From: Candidatus Parcubacteria bacterium
GTDB lineage: Bacteria; Patescibacteriota; Patescibacteriia; UBA1558; GWA2-36-10
Reading direction: 5' to 3'
DNA length: 64,000 nt
NCBI GenBank assembly: GCA_018669975.1
Contig: JABHSK010000009.1
Location: 51,127 to 115,126 of the forward strand
The notes under the pieces were generated by a model. It was given only the letters and a program-made list of their open reading frames with translations. It made no database searches and was not told the origin of the DNA. Shown piece by piece: positions 39,427-48,742 of the stretch (position 1 is its first letter; every line of letters begins with the position of its first letter). The position numbers and the translations under genes were made by a program.

Positions 39427-40050
39427 TTATTTTTTAAATTTAACCAAACAACCTAGCGACATAAAAAAAGGAAAGCTGAAAGGCAGTCCTCTTTTTTTTA
39501 ATACTTGCAAATCAACCTCTCTGGACATTCGTCTTGGTGTAAAAAAATTTATATGATCAACAACACGGATAGGTCGACGCCCTAAAAGAAATCTAGATAT
39601 TGTCCATAAAACTTCATTGGGAAATGTAACTACCAGCAAGCCCCCTGGTTTTAATACTCTTTTAAATTCCGCTAATACTGCCTGATATTCGTCAACATGC
39701 TCTAAGGTCTCGGTACAGGTGATGAAGTCAAAAAAATTATCCTCAAAATCAAGCTTACTCAAGTCTGCTTTAATAAAATGCGTGTCCGGGCATCTTCTGG
39801 TAGCCATATCCAAAGCTTCCTGTGTTAAATCAATACCATAATATCTATTACTTTTATTTCTATTGTATAGTTTCTCCAATAAATGCCCCTCCCCACAACC
39901 AGCGTCCAAAACCTTCATCCCATCTTGGCTAGGCATGGTTTTAACAATATTGTCTAGTCTATTTAGATGCACGTATCTAACAAAAAAATTATCAGCACTA
40001 TATAATTTCTCCATATGATTTTCAGGCATATATAAAGGTGTCTTCTGCAT
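39427..40050 (-). CDS. class I SAM methyltransferase
   Basis: VLDAGCGEG, CTETLEHV, RVLKPGG. Confidence 0.9.
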   Translation of the reverse strand: MQKTPLYMPENHMEKLYSADNFFVRYVHLNRLDNIVKTMPSQDGMKVLDAGCGEGHLLEKLYNRNKSNRYYGIDLTQEALDMATRRCPDTHFIKADLSKLDFEDNFFDFITCTETLEHVDEYQAVLAEFKRVLKPGGLLVVTFPNEVLWTISRFLLGRRPIRVVDHINFFTPRRMSREVDLQVLKKRGLPFSFPFFMSLGCLVKFKK

Positions 40051-40150
40051 ATTCAGATAAATAGTAAATTAAAACAATAAACTAATGATAGCCTAAATAC
40101 CACCTTCTTTCAAGCTTTATTATTGTTCGTTTTTTTGATAAAATAAGACT

Positions 40151-41755
40151 ATGCCAAGAAAAAAACGTACCACTTTATTAAACAAAATAACTGCTCTCAA
40201 ATTAGACTATGTGTTGCTTTTTGTTTTAATGTCACTATACTATGGACGATTACAGTGGAATAATTTCATCGGTGATCCAGATGGCTTTTACCATGCTAAA
40301 ATAACCACCTTTCTAGGCCAGGGCACTTTACTTAAAAGCTTACCCTGGATGCAGTTTACCACCCTAAAAGAACACTATACTGATCATCATCTACTATATC
40401 ATTTGTTACTTTTGCCTTTTACCTATATAACCGACAATGCTCTATTGGCTGTAAAGATAGCTACAGTTTTGTTTGCTGTAATAATGATTTTAGTCTTTTA
40501 TTGGCTACTCAAACAATTCAAGATTGTTTGGCCATTTGTCTTTGCTTTGTTATTTATAAGCCTGGAGGCGGTCAGCTTTAGATTGGCGCTAGTTAAGGCT
40601 AATTCTTTATCATTATTAGTCATTTGGTTATTGATATATGCCATGTTCCGTCAAAAAACATGGCTAATGGCTTTGCTGGGTTTTGTTTTTGTATGGCTTT
40701 ATGGTGGTTGGGCACTATCCATTATTATTTTCTTTATTTATTTCTTTAGTGAAAAAATATATGAACGCCTTAATACAAATAAATTAAAATTATTTTGGTC
40801 CAAAGTAGTCCATACTTTTAATTTTAAAAAGGGAAGCGCTAAAAACCATCGTATATTTCTAGGATTAATTCTGGGACTATTAGCTGGACTAGTTATTAAT
40901 CCCTATTGGCCACATAATTTATATTTTTATTATCAACAAATAATACAAATTGGCGTTATCAACCTTGGTGGTCAACTACAAGTAGGCGGTGAATGGTATG
41001 GCACATCTTTTATGCATATTATTTCTTCCTTGCCGCATATTTTTGTTCTAGCTAGTCTTTTGATTTTAATGTTATTTATAAACTACCAAAAAATTAGTAA
41101 AAAAACTTGGTTTAGTTTTTTGTTAAGTTTTGTCTTCTTGTTATTGACTGTAAAATCACGTCGTTATATAGAATACTTCTCTCCTTTCTTACTATTATTC
41201 ACGGCCTGTGCTTTCACTGATGTTAAATCTATGGTTAATTGGAAAAAAATAAAAAAATTCTGGAGTAATAATCCAACTTATTTAAAGGTGTACTTAGGTT
41301 TGGCCGGCACACTGTTTACCATATTGATACTACCGGTTATTTTCACTAAAACCTGGGATGTGGCTATCCCACAGAATTGGACCCTAGAAAAATTTCGCCC
41401 TGGCTTACTCTGGCTAAAACAAAACACACCAGCGGACACACTAATTTTCCATGGAGATTGGGATGAATGGCCAATACTCTTTTATCATAATGATCACAAC
41501 CGCTACATAGTTGGCTTAGACCCTACTTTTATGTACAACTTTGATGCTAATCTACAGCAAGAGCACACTGATATCACTGCTGGAAAAATAAAAGGGATAG
41601 TTTCAGAAAAAATAAAAAAAGACTTTGGTGCTGACTATGTTTTTATAGAAAAAAAAGAACATGCCGCGTTTGGAAACAACTTAGACATGGACTCCTTTGC
41701 TACGCTTGTTTATGAAGACGAAGAAGTGGCTATTTATCACTTGATAAGTCCCTAA
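40151..41755 (+). CDS. polytopic membrane protein, GT-C/STT3-like architecture
   Basis: DPDGFYH first loop, many TM helices, C-terminal domain with DWDEWP and VGLDPTF. Confidence 0.6.
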   Translation: MPRKKRTTLLNKITALKLDYVLLFVLMSLYYGRLQWNNFIGDPDGFYHAKITTFLGQGTLLKSLPWMQFTTLKEHYTDHHLLYHLLLLPFTYITDNALLAVKIATVLFAVIMILVFYWLLKQFKIVWPFVFALLFISLEAVSFRLALVKANSLSLLVIWLLIYAMFRQKTWLMALLGFVFVWLYGGWALSIIIFFIYFFSEKIYERLNTNKLKLFWSKVVHTFNFKKGSAKNHRIFLGLILGLLAGLVINPYWPHNLYFYYQQIIQIGVINLGGQLQVGGEWYGTSFMHIISSLPHIFVLASLLILMLFINYQKISKKTWFSFLLSFVFLLLTVKSRRYIEYFSPFLLLFTACAFTDVKSMVNWKKIKKFWSNNPTYLKVYLGLAGTLFTILILPVIFTKTWDVAIPQNWTLEKFRPGLLWLKQNTPADTLIFHGDWDEWPILFYHNDHNRYIVGLDPTFMYNFDANLQQEHTDITAGKIKGIVSEKIKKDFGADYVFIEKKEHAAFGNNLDMDSFATLVYEDEEVAIYHLISP

Positions 41756-43625
41756 GCTCTGTTTCTTCAGTCAATTCTAATTTAGGTACAACGTCCTTGA
41801 TTAGGCTAATTGCATTAATTCCCTGATAAGAAAAAATTTGATAAGAGTTTATATCTGAACTGAGATAGTAATAAAAATGTACTAACTCATTCTCTGGCCA
41901 ATCTTTTTCTGAAAATACACCATAGTCTAGGGGCATATCAAAATCATAATTTCGCCCATAAAAACGCACCAGATAACTATTGTCCTCGGTGTGATTTTTT
42001 TGTAAAGTAAGCTCCAGTACCCCATCAGTAAAATTTGCCCCTATTAAAAAATCATCTTCCGCAAACCCTATTGGTTTCTCGTCGGTGCGATATAATTCTA
42101 TATTATCCTGAGTGGCATGTTGCTTGTTTTGCCAAAGTAATAAATTATTCCAAGCCTTAATTAAAGAATAATCGTTTAATACCTGTTGCCAATTATTTGG
42201 AATATCATCTCTCTTGTATTCTAAAAAAGAAGCTATATTTTTTTCTACAATAGTGGCTAAAAATTGAGAATTGTCCACCAGTATATAATCTACTGGCGGT
42301 AACTCAAACTCAAAACCACAAAACTGCCCACAACCAAAGTATGAGCCAGCCAAAGTGTAAACCTCTTGTCTGGTGCTAGCTGGCGCAATAAAGGTTGACT
42401 CCGCCACCAAGCTAGCCTCTGGTGGTATCTGAGCAAAAAATTCTTGCTTAGCTTGAACTAATTCCCTTGGATACTTTTTAAATAATATATCTTTAGCTGG
42501 CGATAAAAAGATTGAAAAATAAACTATTGTGACTACAAAAATTAATGTAACAAAACCAAAATTTTTATAAATATGTTTACTGCCCGAAAATCTTTCCTGT
42601 AGAAGAACCCTTTTAAAAGCAAAAATTAGGGCTATAAAAATCCCCGGCATAAATAATAGAGTATAGTGCGTACTATAAGCCATGAAATTAAAACCGCTAC
42701 CACTTAAAAGAATCTGTAAAAAAGGTAAAAAGGCCAAAGAGAGGTATCTAGATTTCAAAAATGGCAGAAATAAGACTGGCAACATAATTACTGCAATGCT
42801 GAGAAAATTATTTATATTTATTAAATGCCAAATAAACTGTATTGGATGAGTTAACCAACTAATAATGATACCTAAAATACTTTCTCCCCCCAGCCAACCA
42901 TAATAAGCAAAAAACTTATAGCTACCCGCTATAGAAAAATAACTAATAATCTTAAGTGCAGATAAAAAATAAACAACTGGTAATAACAAACTAAACAGTT
43001 TCCATTTTAAACTACGTTTATGCAGTATTGCCAACCAAGTGAATGCTAACAGTATTAAGCTAATATCTTCTCTGACAAGTAGTGCTAAAATAAAAAATAA
43101 CACAAATAATTTAAAACTTCTCTGCTGATAAAAATAAAATACCCAGAAAATAAAAAATACAGCTATCGGCAACAGGTGAAATTCAAAGACATTGGCGCTG
43201 TGCACAAAAGGATTAAGTAGCCACATTAAAGCAACAATCAATGACACTACTTTGTTTTTAACGATATTTCTACTAATTAAATATATAGGCCAAGCGCTCA
43301 ATCCCAAAATAACGCTCTGTAATATTAGTAATGTTTCTGGCGTCTGCCAAAACCAATAAAAAGGCAGTAATAAAAAAATGATTGGTGTAAAATGGTCAGC
43401 TAAATAAATGTTGAAATTAACCGTTCCGGCGAACCAATCACCGTGCAGGGTATTAAAAAAGACTTGATTAAAGATTGCTAAATCATAGGCGTTGTAGCTA
43501 AAATTATAGTACTTCTTAAGGCTTAAAAAGGCCATTAGGAGCACGTATAGCACTGTGGCAATACCCAACACCAAAGCACTGTGTTTATTAGCAAAATTGC
43601 TTATTTTTGAGCTAAAATGTGACAT
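41730..43625 (-). CDS. DUF2079-family membrane protein (GT-C-like)
   Basis: YDLAIFNQ, DHFTP, PETLLILQS, FEFH, LVRED. Start moved to ATG 43625 (leaderless layout). Confidence 0.75.
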   Translation of the reverse strand: MSHFSSKISNFANKHSALVLGIATVLYVLLMAFLSLKKYYNFSYNAYDLAIFNQVFFNTLHGDWFAGTVNFNIYLADHFTPIIFLLLPFYWFWQTPETLLILQSVILGLSAWPIYLISRNIVKNKVVSLIVALMWLLNPFVHSANVFEFHLLPIAVFFIFWVFYFYQQRSFKLFVLFFILALLVREDISLILLAFTWLAILHKRSLKWKLFSLLLPVVYFLSALKIISYFSIAGSYKFFAYYGWLGGESILGIIISWLTHPIQFIWHLININNFLSIAVIMLPVLFLPFLKSRYLSLAFLPFLQILLSGSGFNFMAYSTHYTLLFMPGIFIALIFAFKRVLLQERFSGSKHIYKNFGFVTLIFVVTIVYFSIFLSPAKDILFKKYPRELVQAKQEFFAQIPPEASLVAESTFIAPASTRQEVYTLAGSYFGCGQFCGFEFELPPVDYILVDNSQFLATIVEKNIASFLEYKRDDIPNNWQQVLNDYSLIKAWNNLLLWQNKQHATQDNIELYRTDEKPIGFAEDDFLIGANFTDGVLELTLQKNHTEDNSYLVRFYGRNYDFDMPLDYGVFSEKDWPENELVHFYYYLSSDINSYQIFSYQGINAISLIKDVVPKLELTEETELRDLSSDK

Positions 43626-43669
43626 ATCCATATTATATCACATTAAAAATGCCGGGGGTATGCTAAATA

Positions 43670-43698
43670 TTGACAAAATAGATGAAATATGATATAAT
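43670..43698 (+). promoter_or_regulatory. consensus sigma70 promoter
   Basis: TTGACA-17-TATAAT with TG extension. SD AGGAGGT at 43767-43773. Confidence 0.85.
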
Positions 43699-43780
43699 TA
43701 TAAGATTCTTAATGTGGCCTTTGTATAAGGTCCGACTGTTCATTTCTTCGCTAGGAAACTCTAAATAGGAGGTCGTCATC

Positions 43781-44503
43781 ATGAAGACGTCACAATTGTT
43801 AATCTCGTTACTCTTGGTAGCAGTTATGAGCGCTATCCTGAGTGGCTGTGGTGCCACAAAACAATGGTATGGTTCATCACCTAATGGAACCTACGATCAT
43901 CGAGGCCCGCGCCTCGATACCAACAACTCACCCAAGGTCGAAAATATCATCGACAACCAAAGCAAAGAAATGCTTTTTGTCGACATCGAAGGACATGACC
44001 TGAGTTTCAGTGAGCATTTGGTTCAGGTCAACCCTGGTACCAAGCTGACTCGCAAGGGTCGTAGCTATCGTCGCCTCAAGGTGACTGTTCGCTGGATGGG
44101 CACTGGCTTCCGCAACACCATCGGTCACACCGAAGAGGAGATGAAATTCCTGATGCCCGGCCTATACTCCGGTGACCCTATTGTCATCACCGATGCCATG
44201 CTTCGAGGTCAGATGCCTATGCGTGGCATCATCATCTGCCAGGGTGACCCCACCCTATATCAAGATGATCGAGGTCATCGCTTCAAGATGAACAACGGTG
44301 ACAAAATTGAAGTCAACATGTCTTCTGGTCCAATTGAGTTCAAATTCAGATCACTGCGAGATCCCTCTCGCTTTGGCAGCAGGACTTATCCTGATTGCAT
44401 TGATCTCGAAACTGAACAATATGAAGTCGTTGGACCCGATGGCAAAAAGAAGCGTTATGACTTCACTGTCATTGTCGATGAATCCTGGCGTCATCGCTGG
44501 TAG
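43781..44503 (+). CDS. hypothetical lipoprotein with atypically high GC
   Basis: Signal peptide with lipobox LSGC, consensus promoter and SD, strong terminator, C-ending codon preference. Confidence 0.8.
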   Translation: MKTSQLLISLLLVAVMSAILSGCGATKQWYGSSPNGTYDHRGPRLDTNNSPKVENIIDNQSKEMLFVDIEGHDLSFSEHLVQVNPGTKLTRKGRSYRRLKVTVRWMGTGFRNTIGHTEEEMKFLMPGLYSGDPIVITDAMLRGQMPMRGIIICQGDPTLYQDDRGHRFKMNNGDKIEVNMSSGPIEFKFRSLRDPSRFGSRTYPDCIDLETEQYEVVGPDGKKKRYDFTVIVDESWRHRW

Positions 44504-44525
44504 TCAAAAACTACCGAAATACAAA

Positions 44526-44559
44526 GCGCCGCAGCTCGAAAGCTGCGGCGCGTTTTTTT
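44526..44559 (+). terminator. strong intrinsic terminator
   Basis: GCGCCGCAGCT-CGAA-AGCTGCGGCGC followed by a T run. Confidence 0.9.
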
Positions 44560-44572
44560 AATAAAAATATAT

Positions 44573-44956
44573 TTATGGATTAAGCGGAGTATTACCAGTT
44601 GAAGCTTTTAGTAGGCTATCAAAAACAAATCTAACAATAGCATACGAAGTAACAACTATAACTAAACCTATGGTTGCATTCTTAATTGATTCCTTGGCTT
44701 CTTTTATTCTATCTGCATTACCTTGAGAAGTCATCCATTTGAAACCACCTAAAATAATCAAAACAACAAAGAGTGTCCCTAAGACAGCGAGCAAACCTCT
44801 AACGATAGATGCAATTACATCTGTAATTGGTCTTTCAATTAATCCCGTTTGACCAGCTATTTGATCTAGTCCTCCAGCAGACTCTAAAGGACCCGCTGAA
44901 GCAACCAACGGAGCTAAAGCAAACAATAAAATAAACTTGTATTTTAAATTTTTCAT
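44573..44956 (-). CDS. VirB2/TrbC-like (CPR T4SS-type) pilin
   Basis: Signal peptide, two TM helices around GGFKWMTSQGN...IKEAK..IKNA.IGL. Confidence 0.85.
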   Translation of the reverse strand: MKNLKYKFILLFALAPLVASAGPLESAGGLDQIAGQTGLIERPITDVIASIVRGLLAVLGTLFVVLIILGGFKWMTSQGNADRIKEAKESIKNATIGLVIVVTSYAIVRFVFDSLLKASTGNTPLNP

Positions 44957-45199
44957 TATATTTAGAAAGTAAAGCCTAGTGGAGGCTAAGCTCTAGTAGG
45001 TCATAATTCAATGACCTACTATAGTCTAGACTACATAGGTCTATTAGATAGTTTCGTTTTGTAAAGATGTTAGTACGAAACGTGATATTGCGTAAGCAGT
45101 CAAGATGATGACCAAACCAACTATACCTGCTCCAATAAGCTTTTTAGCTTCATCAACTTTATCAGTGTTGCCTTGAGAAGTCATCCATTTGAAACCACC
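44721..45199 (-). repeat. perfect 29-bp direct repeat shared by two pilin genes
   Basis: CCTTGAGAAGTCATCCATTTGAAACCACC at 44721-44749 and 45171-45199. Confidence 0.95.
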
Positions 45200-45388
45200 C
45201 ATAAGGATGATCAAAGTAGCTAAAATTCCCAAGAAACCCAAGACGATGTTTACAACAGAAGATGCAGTGTCACCTAGTTCTTTAGTACCCAGGTTTGAAT
45301 TCTTCATTGAATTAACACCGTATACGTCAAGCTGAGCTGATGCTGCCATCGGCATGAAAAGTAATGCGCTAGTGATAAGTTTGTTCAT
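45044..45388 (-). CDS. VirB2/TrbC-like pilin, probable major subunit
   Basis: GGFKWMTSQGNTDKVDEAKK. Own promoter TTGTAA-17-TATAAT (45456-45428) and strong SD AAAGGGGGTGA. Confidence 0.87.
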   Translation of the reverse strand: MNKLITSALLFMPMAASAQLDVYGVNSMKNSNLGTKELGDTASSVVNIVLGFLGILATLIILMGGFKWMTSQGNTDKVDEAKKLIGAGIVGLVIILTAYAISRFVLTSLQNETI

Positions 45389-45460
45389 TGTTTCACCCCC
45401 TTTCTAAAAAATAAAAGTATTGTTTAAATTATAAAACAAAATTGACTTTTTTACAATAGA

Positions 45461-45793
45461 TTAGCTAGTGCCAGCCAAAGTACTGAAAAAGTATCTTATT
45501 ATAGCATAGCTCATGAAAATAGCCACTAGTCCGAAAATAGCCCAAACTATAGTGTCTTTTCCTCTTTTTACTTTGTCAGTATTACCAGCTGAGGTCATCC
45601 AAGTGACGCCTCCCCAAACCAACATTAGTAAAGCCACAGCACCAACTATGCCTAATATACCTTTGACAGCAAAACCTATAACCGTAGGTATATCTTCCGC
45701 TGGCAATGGATTGGGCAACTCGGCCGCCTTAACCAACAAAGGCGCAAAGAATAATAATGTAGCCAAAAATGTTTTATGTTTGTTTTTAATCAT
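45461..45793 (-). CDS. VirB2/TrbC-like pilin
   Basis: LPNPL, GGVTWMTSAGNTDKVKRGKDTIVWAIFGL. Confidence 0.85.
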   Translation of the reverse strand: MIKNKHKTFLATLLFFAPLLVKAAELPNPLPAEDIPTVIGFAVKGILGIVGAVALLMLVWGGVTWMTSAGNTDKVKRGKDTIVWAIFGLVAIFMSYAIIRYFFSTLAGTS

Positions 45794-45818
45794 ATCTATA
45801 TATTAATTTAATATTACC

Positions 45819-46472
45819 TTAAAGTGACGCAGCATTTAATGTGCAAAGATTAGTGTTGCTTCCTGGACACAAGCCAGCTTCAGTTACAGGACCTACTGGA
45901 ATAGCGCCCATTTCACTAAAATCAAAACAAGACCAATTTCCTGAATCATCCAAAAGATTCTTTAATTGACATTTTGTTACGCAGGTTTCGTTGTGGCTAG
46001 ACTTATCACCACTAAAGGTGTCCGTGCCAGTACAAACATAGTTTGTTTCTGTTTCATTACAACGACTATCTTTTGCTTTCTCAGTACAAGAAGCTGCTAT
46101 TTTATATCTTGAATTTGTAACACCCAAAATATCATTAACAAAAAATGATGTTAATAAATAACTACTAAAAGCTATAAACAAAGCAATGAGGGTATTAATC
46201 ATAATCTGCTGACCACGCTTTACTCTGTCAGCATTACCACCAGAAACCAACCATTGAATACCTCCCCAAATAAAATATAGTAGCGCTATTGCTCCCATGC
46301 CACCGAGCAACATTTGAATTAAATAGGTAAAACCTAAAGTGATATCTTCTAGGCTACAATTTCCATCTTTAATACAGGTCTCTGGAAGTTTATCTAAAAA
46401 TCCTTGAGCAAAGCCAACATTTGGCGCCAAGATGACAATTAATAAAATTGAAAAAAATAAAATTTTATTCAT
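45819..46472 (-). CDS. pilin-domain protein with Cys-rich C-terminal extension
   Basis: CIKDGNC, GGIQWLVSGGNADRVKRG, then ~90 aa with 8 Cys. Confidence 0.8.
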   Translation of the reverse strand: MNKILFFSILLIVILAPNVGFAQGFLDKLPETCIKDGNCSLEDITLGFTYLIQMLLGGMGAIALLYFIWGGIQWLVSGGNADRVKRGQQIMINTLIALFIAFSSYLLTSFFVNDILGVTNSRYKIAASCTEKAKDSRCNETETNYVCTGTDTFSGDKSSHNETCVTKCQLKNLLDDSGNWSCFDFSEMGAIPVGPVTEAGLCPGSNTNLCTLNAASL

Positions 46473-47838
46473 TTGTTTTTGTGTATGTTTTATTAATACG
46501 TTCTACAAATAGTTTGAGCGGTGTGCCCGCTAAATCAAAGGTATATTCTCCAGATACAAGCCCATCTATAATTTCAGCTGTATATTGTTCGGCTAAATCT
46601 ATATTATAACCCTCATACCAGTTATCAGCTGTTAAAACCTGAGAGGCAAAAACCTTTAAATCGGTGTCTTCCATCTGCTCTGCTATCAGAGATCTTAACG
46701 CAGTTGGTTTTTTATTAGCATTTAAATAAACCCTGACAATTTCCTTACCAGAAGCATTCTGAATAAAATCCCAGGCTGAAGGAGCATTGATAGATTTCTT
46801 AGCTACTACTGTTATCCAATAATCTGTATAATATTTTGTCCCTTCGGCTCCTCTAGTTTGAGGAAAGTTAGTAATACCCCAATCAAATACCACACCCCTA
46901 TCTCTTAGCTCATCCGCGTGGTAACTATAGCCGAAAAAATAGGCCAGCCTACCATTGGCAAACATCTCAAAAGCATTTGGCAAATCATCGCTCCAGCTAT
47001 AACTCAGCCTACCAGGTCTAGCAAAATCAGTATAAAAATTAAGCACTTGTGTCAGCCTATCTCTTGATCCGCCATCTTTAATTGGACTAAACCATTCTCC
47101 TTTCATGTTAACATCGCTCTGCAATAATAAACTAGATAAAATATCAAAAAAACGAGGTATGTTATCAGTTCCGCCTAGGGAAACAGCTGAGTACAGCACC
47201 CTATTATCCTCTGTAACCCTGGTTATCTTTGGTACCTGCTCAATTAAATCATGAAAATCTCTCATTGGCTCTGGAATACTAGATTTGTCCAATAGGCTAG
47301 AATTATAAAAAGTCACTAGGGTTTCCAGAGAAAATGGTAAACCGTATATTTTATCATCCAATACTACATCATCATATACTACTGGCACATACCTTGTTTT
47401 AACATCCTGGGGAGATAGACTTTTAAAAGATTTGAGCGTCAGTGTTCGCTCTGGCTTAATAGAGCCCTTCATTTCCCAAATTGGCACGTTAATACTTGGT
47501 GGTATTGGCACTAAACGATGCTGATATTCTTTAAGCCAGGTAACTGGAATAGCGAAAAGGTCTGGACCACGATCATCTGCCCAGGCTTCTAATAATTTTT
47601 GCTCGTACTCCTCGTACCTAAAATTACGATAAGTTATCTTAATTGTTGGATGCTTAGCTTGATATGTATTGATTAAGGGTGCTACTTGAGCAGCTGTATC
47701 CCAAACACCCCAGTATTCTAAATATACTGGTCTATATTCTACTCCTTTTTTACAAGTCATTCCCTGACAACCAAATCCAGCAGAAACAACAAAAACTGCT
47801 AATATTAGAAGTGTGAAAAGTTTTAAATGTCTTTTCAT
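46465..47838 (-). CDS. extracellular solute-binding lipoprotein (sugar-binding family)
   Basis: Lipobox-like GFGC, LEYWG, GPDLF, IYGLPFS..T...FYN, FANGRLA. Confidence 0.85.
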   Translation of the reverse strand: MKRHLKLFTLLILAVFVVSAGFGCQGMTCKKGVEYRPVYLEYWGVWDTAAQVAPLINTYQAKHPTIKITYRNFRYEEYEQKLLEAWADDRGPDLFAIPVTWLKEYQHRLVPIPPSINVPIWEMKGSIKPERTLTLKSFKSLSPQDVKTRYVPVVYDDVVLDDKIYGLPFSLETLVTFYNSSLLDKSSIPEPMRDFHDLIEQVPKITRVTEDNRVLYSAVSLGGTDNIPRFFDILSSLLLQSDVNMKGEWFSPIKDGGSRDRLTQVLNFYTDFARPGRLSYSWSDDLPNAFEMFANGRLAYFFGYSYHADELRDRGVVFDWGITNFPQTRGAEGTKYYTDYWITVVAKKSINAPSAWDFIQNASGKEIVRVYLNANKKPTALRSLIAEQMEDTDLKVFASQVLTADNWYEGYNIDLAEQYTAEIIDGLVSGEYTFDLAGTPLKLFVERINKTYTKTNE

Positions 47839-47846
47839 ATTTTAAA

Positions 47847-48707
47847 CTAAATATTTTTTAAATACTTTTTTAAATAAGCCTTTAACTCTTTCCTTTCGCT
47901 AGCATATTCTAGGGTGGCCTTTAATAAATTCAGTGGATCACCCGTAGTAAGCCATTCTCCGTCTTTAACTTCTTTAGCATAAAATTCTCCGCCAGACTTA
48001 ATATAATCACGAATAGCGTCTACTATCCAAAGTTCCTTGCCTTTGCCTAGTTTGGTTTTCTTCAAAACATCAACAATCTCTTGATTCAAAATCATTCGAC
48101 CAAAGTCAGCTAAACGAGAAGGTGCTTGATCTATCTGTGGTTTTTCCACTATGCCGTCGAGTTGCATTGTTTTTTTATCTTTTAGGCTAACTATACCGTA
48201 TCTATCTACTTGATTACGCGGAACTTCCTGCACACCAATCATCAGATGACCAGTTTTATTATAATCATCTATCATTTGCTTAGCAAAGGGAATTTTAGAT
48301 TTGACCAAGTCGTCTCCCCAGACATACATAAATGGCTCATCCTGGACCAGACTAGATGCTGATAAAACTGGCGTTCCGTTTCCATAGGGACCTTTTTGTC
48401 TAACATAAATAAAATTAGCCATCTCGGAAATCTTTTTAATTTCAGCTAATTTTTCTTTTTTACCTGCTTTAGCTAATTCGTTTTCTAAAGCCCAAGAATG
48501 ATCAAAATGATCTTCTAGTGGTTTCTTATCCCACTTAGTAACTAAAATTATATCTTCGATGCCACCAGCTACTAATTCCTCAACTACCAATTGAATAATT
48601 GGCTTGTCAACAATTGGCAACATCTCTTTGGGCATAGATTTAGTAGCTGGTAATAACCTTGTTCCTGAACCTGCTACCGCTACTATGGCCTTTTTAACTC
48701 TTTTCAT
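47847..48707 (-). CDS. galU: UTP--glucose-1-phosphate uridylyltransferase
   Basis: VAGSGTRLLPATKSMPKEMLPIVDKP, GDD, IVEKP. Confidence 0.9.
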   Translation of the reverse strand: MKRVKKAIVAVAGSGTRLLPATKSMPKEMLPIVDKPIIQLVVEELVAGGIEDIILVTKWDKKPLEDHFDHSWALENELAKAGKKEKLAEIKKISEMANFIYVRQKGPYGNGTPVLSASSLVQDEPFMYVWGDDLVKSKIPFAKQMIDDYNKTGHLMIGVQEVPRNQVDRYGIVSLKDKKTMQLDGIVEKPQIDQAPSRLADFGRMILNQEIVDVLKKTKLGKGKELWIVDAIRDYIKSGGEFYAKEVKDGEWLTTGDPLNLLKATLEYASERKELKAYLKKYLKNI

Positions 48708-48742
48708 GTATATATTATACTAAAATTTAAGCTTTATGTAAA

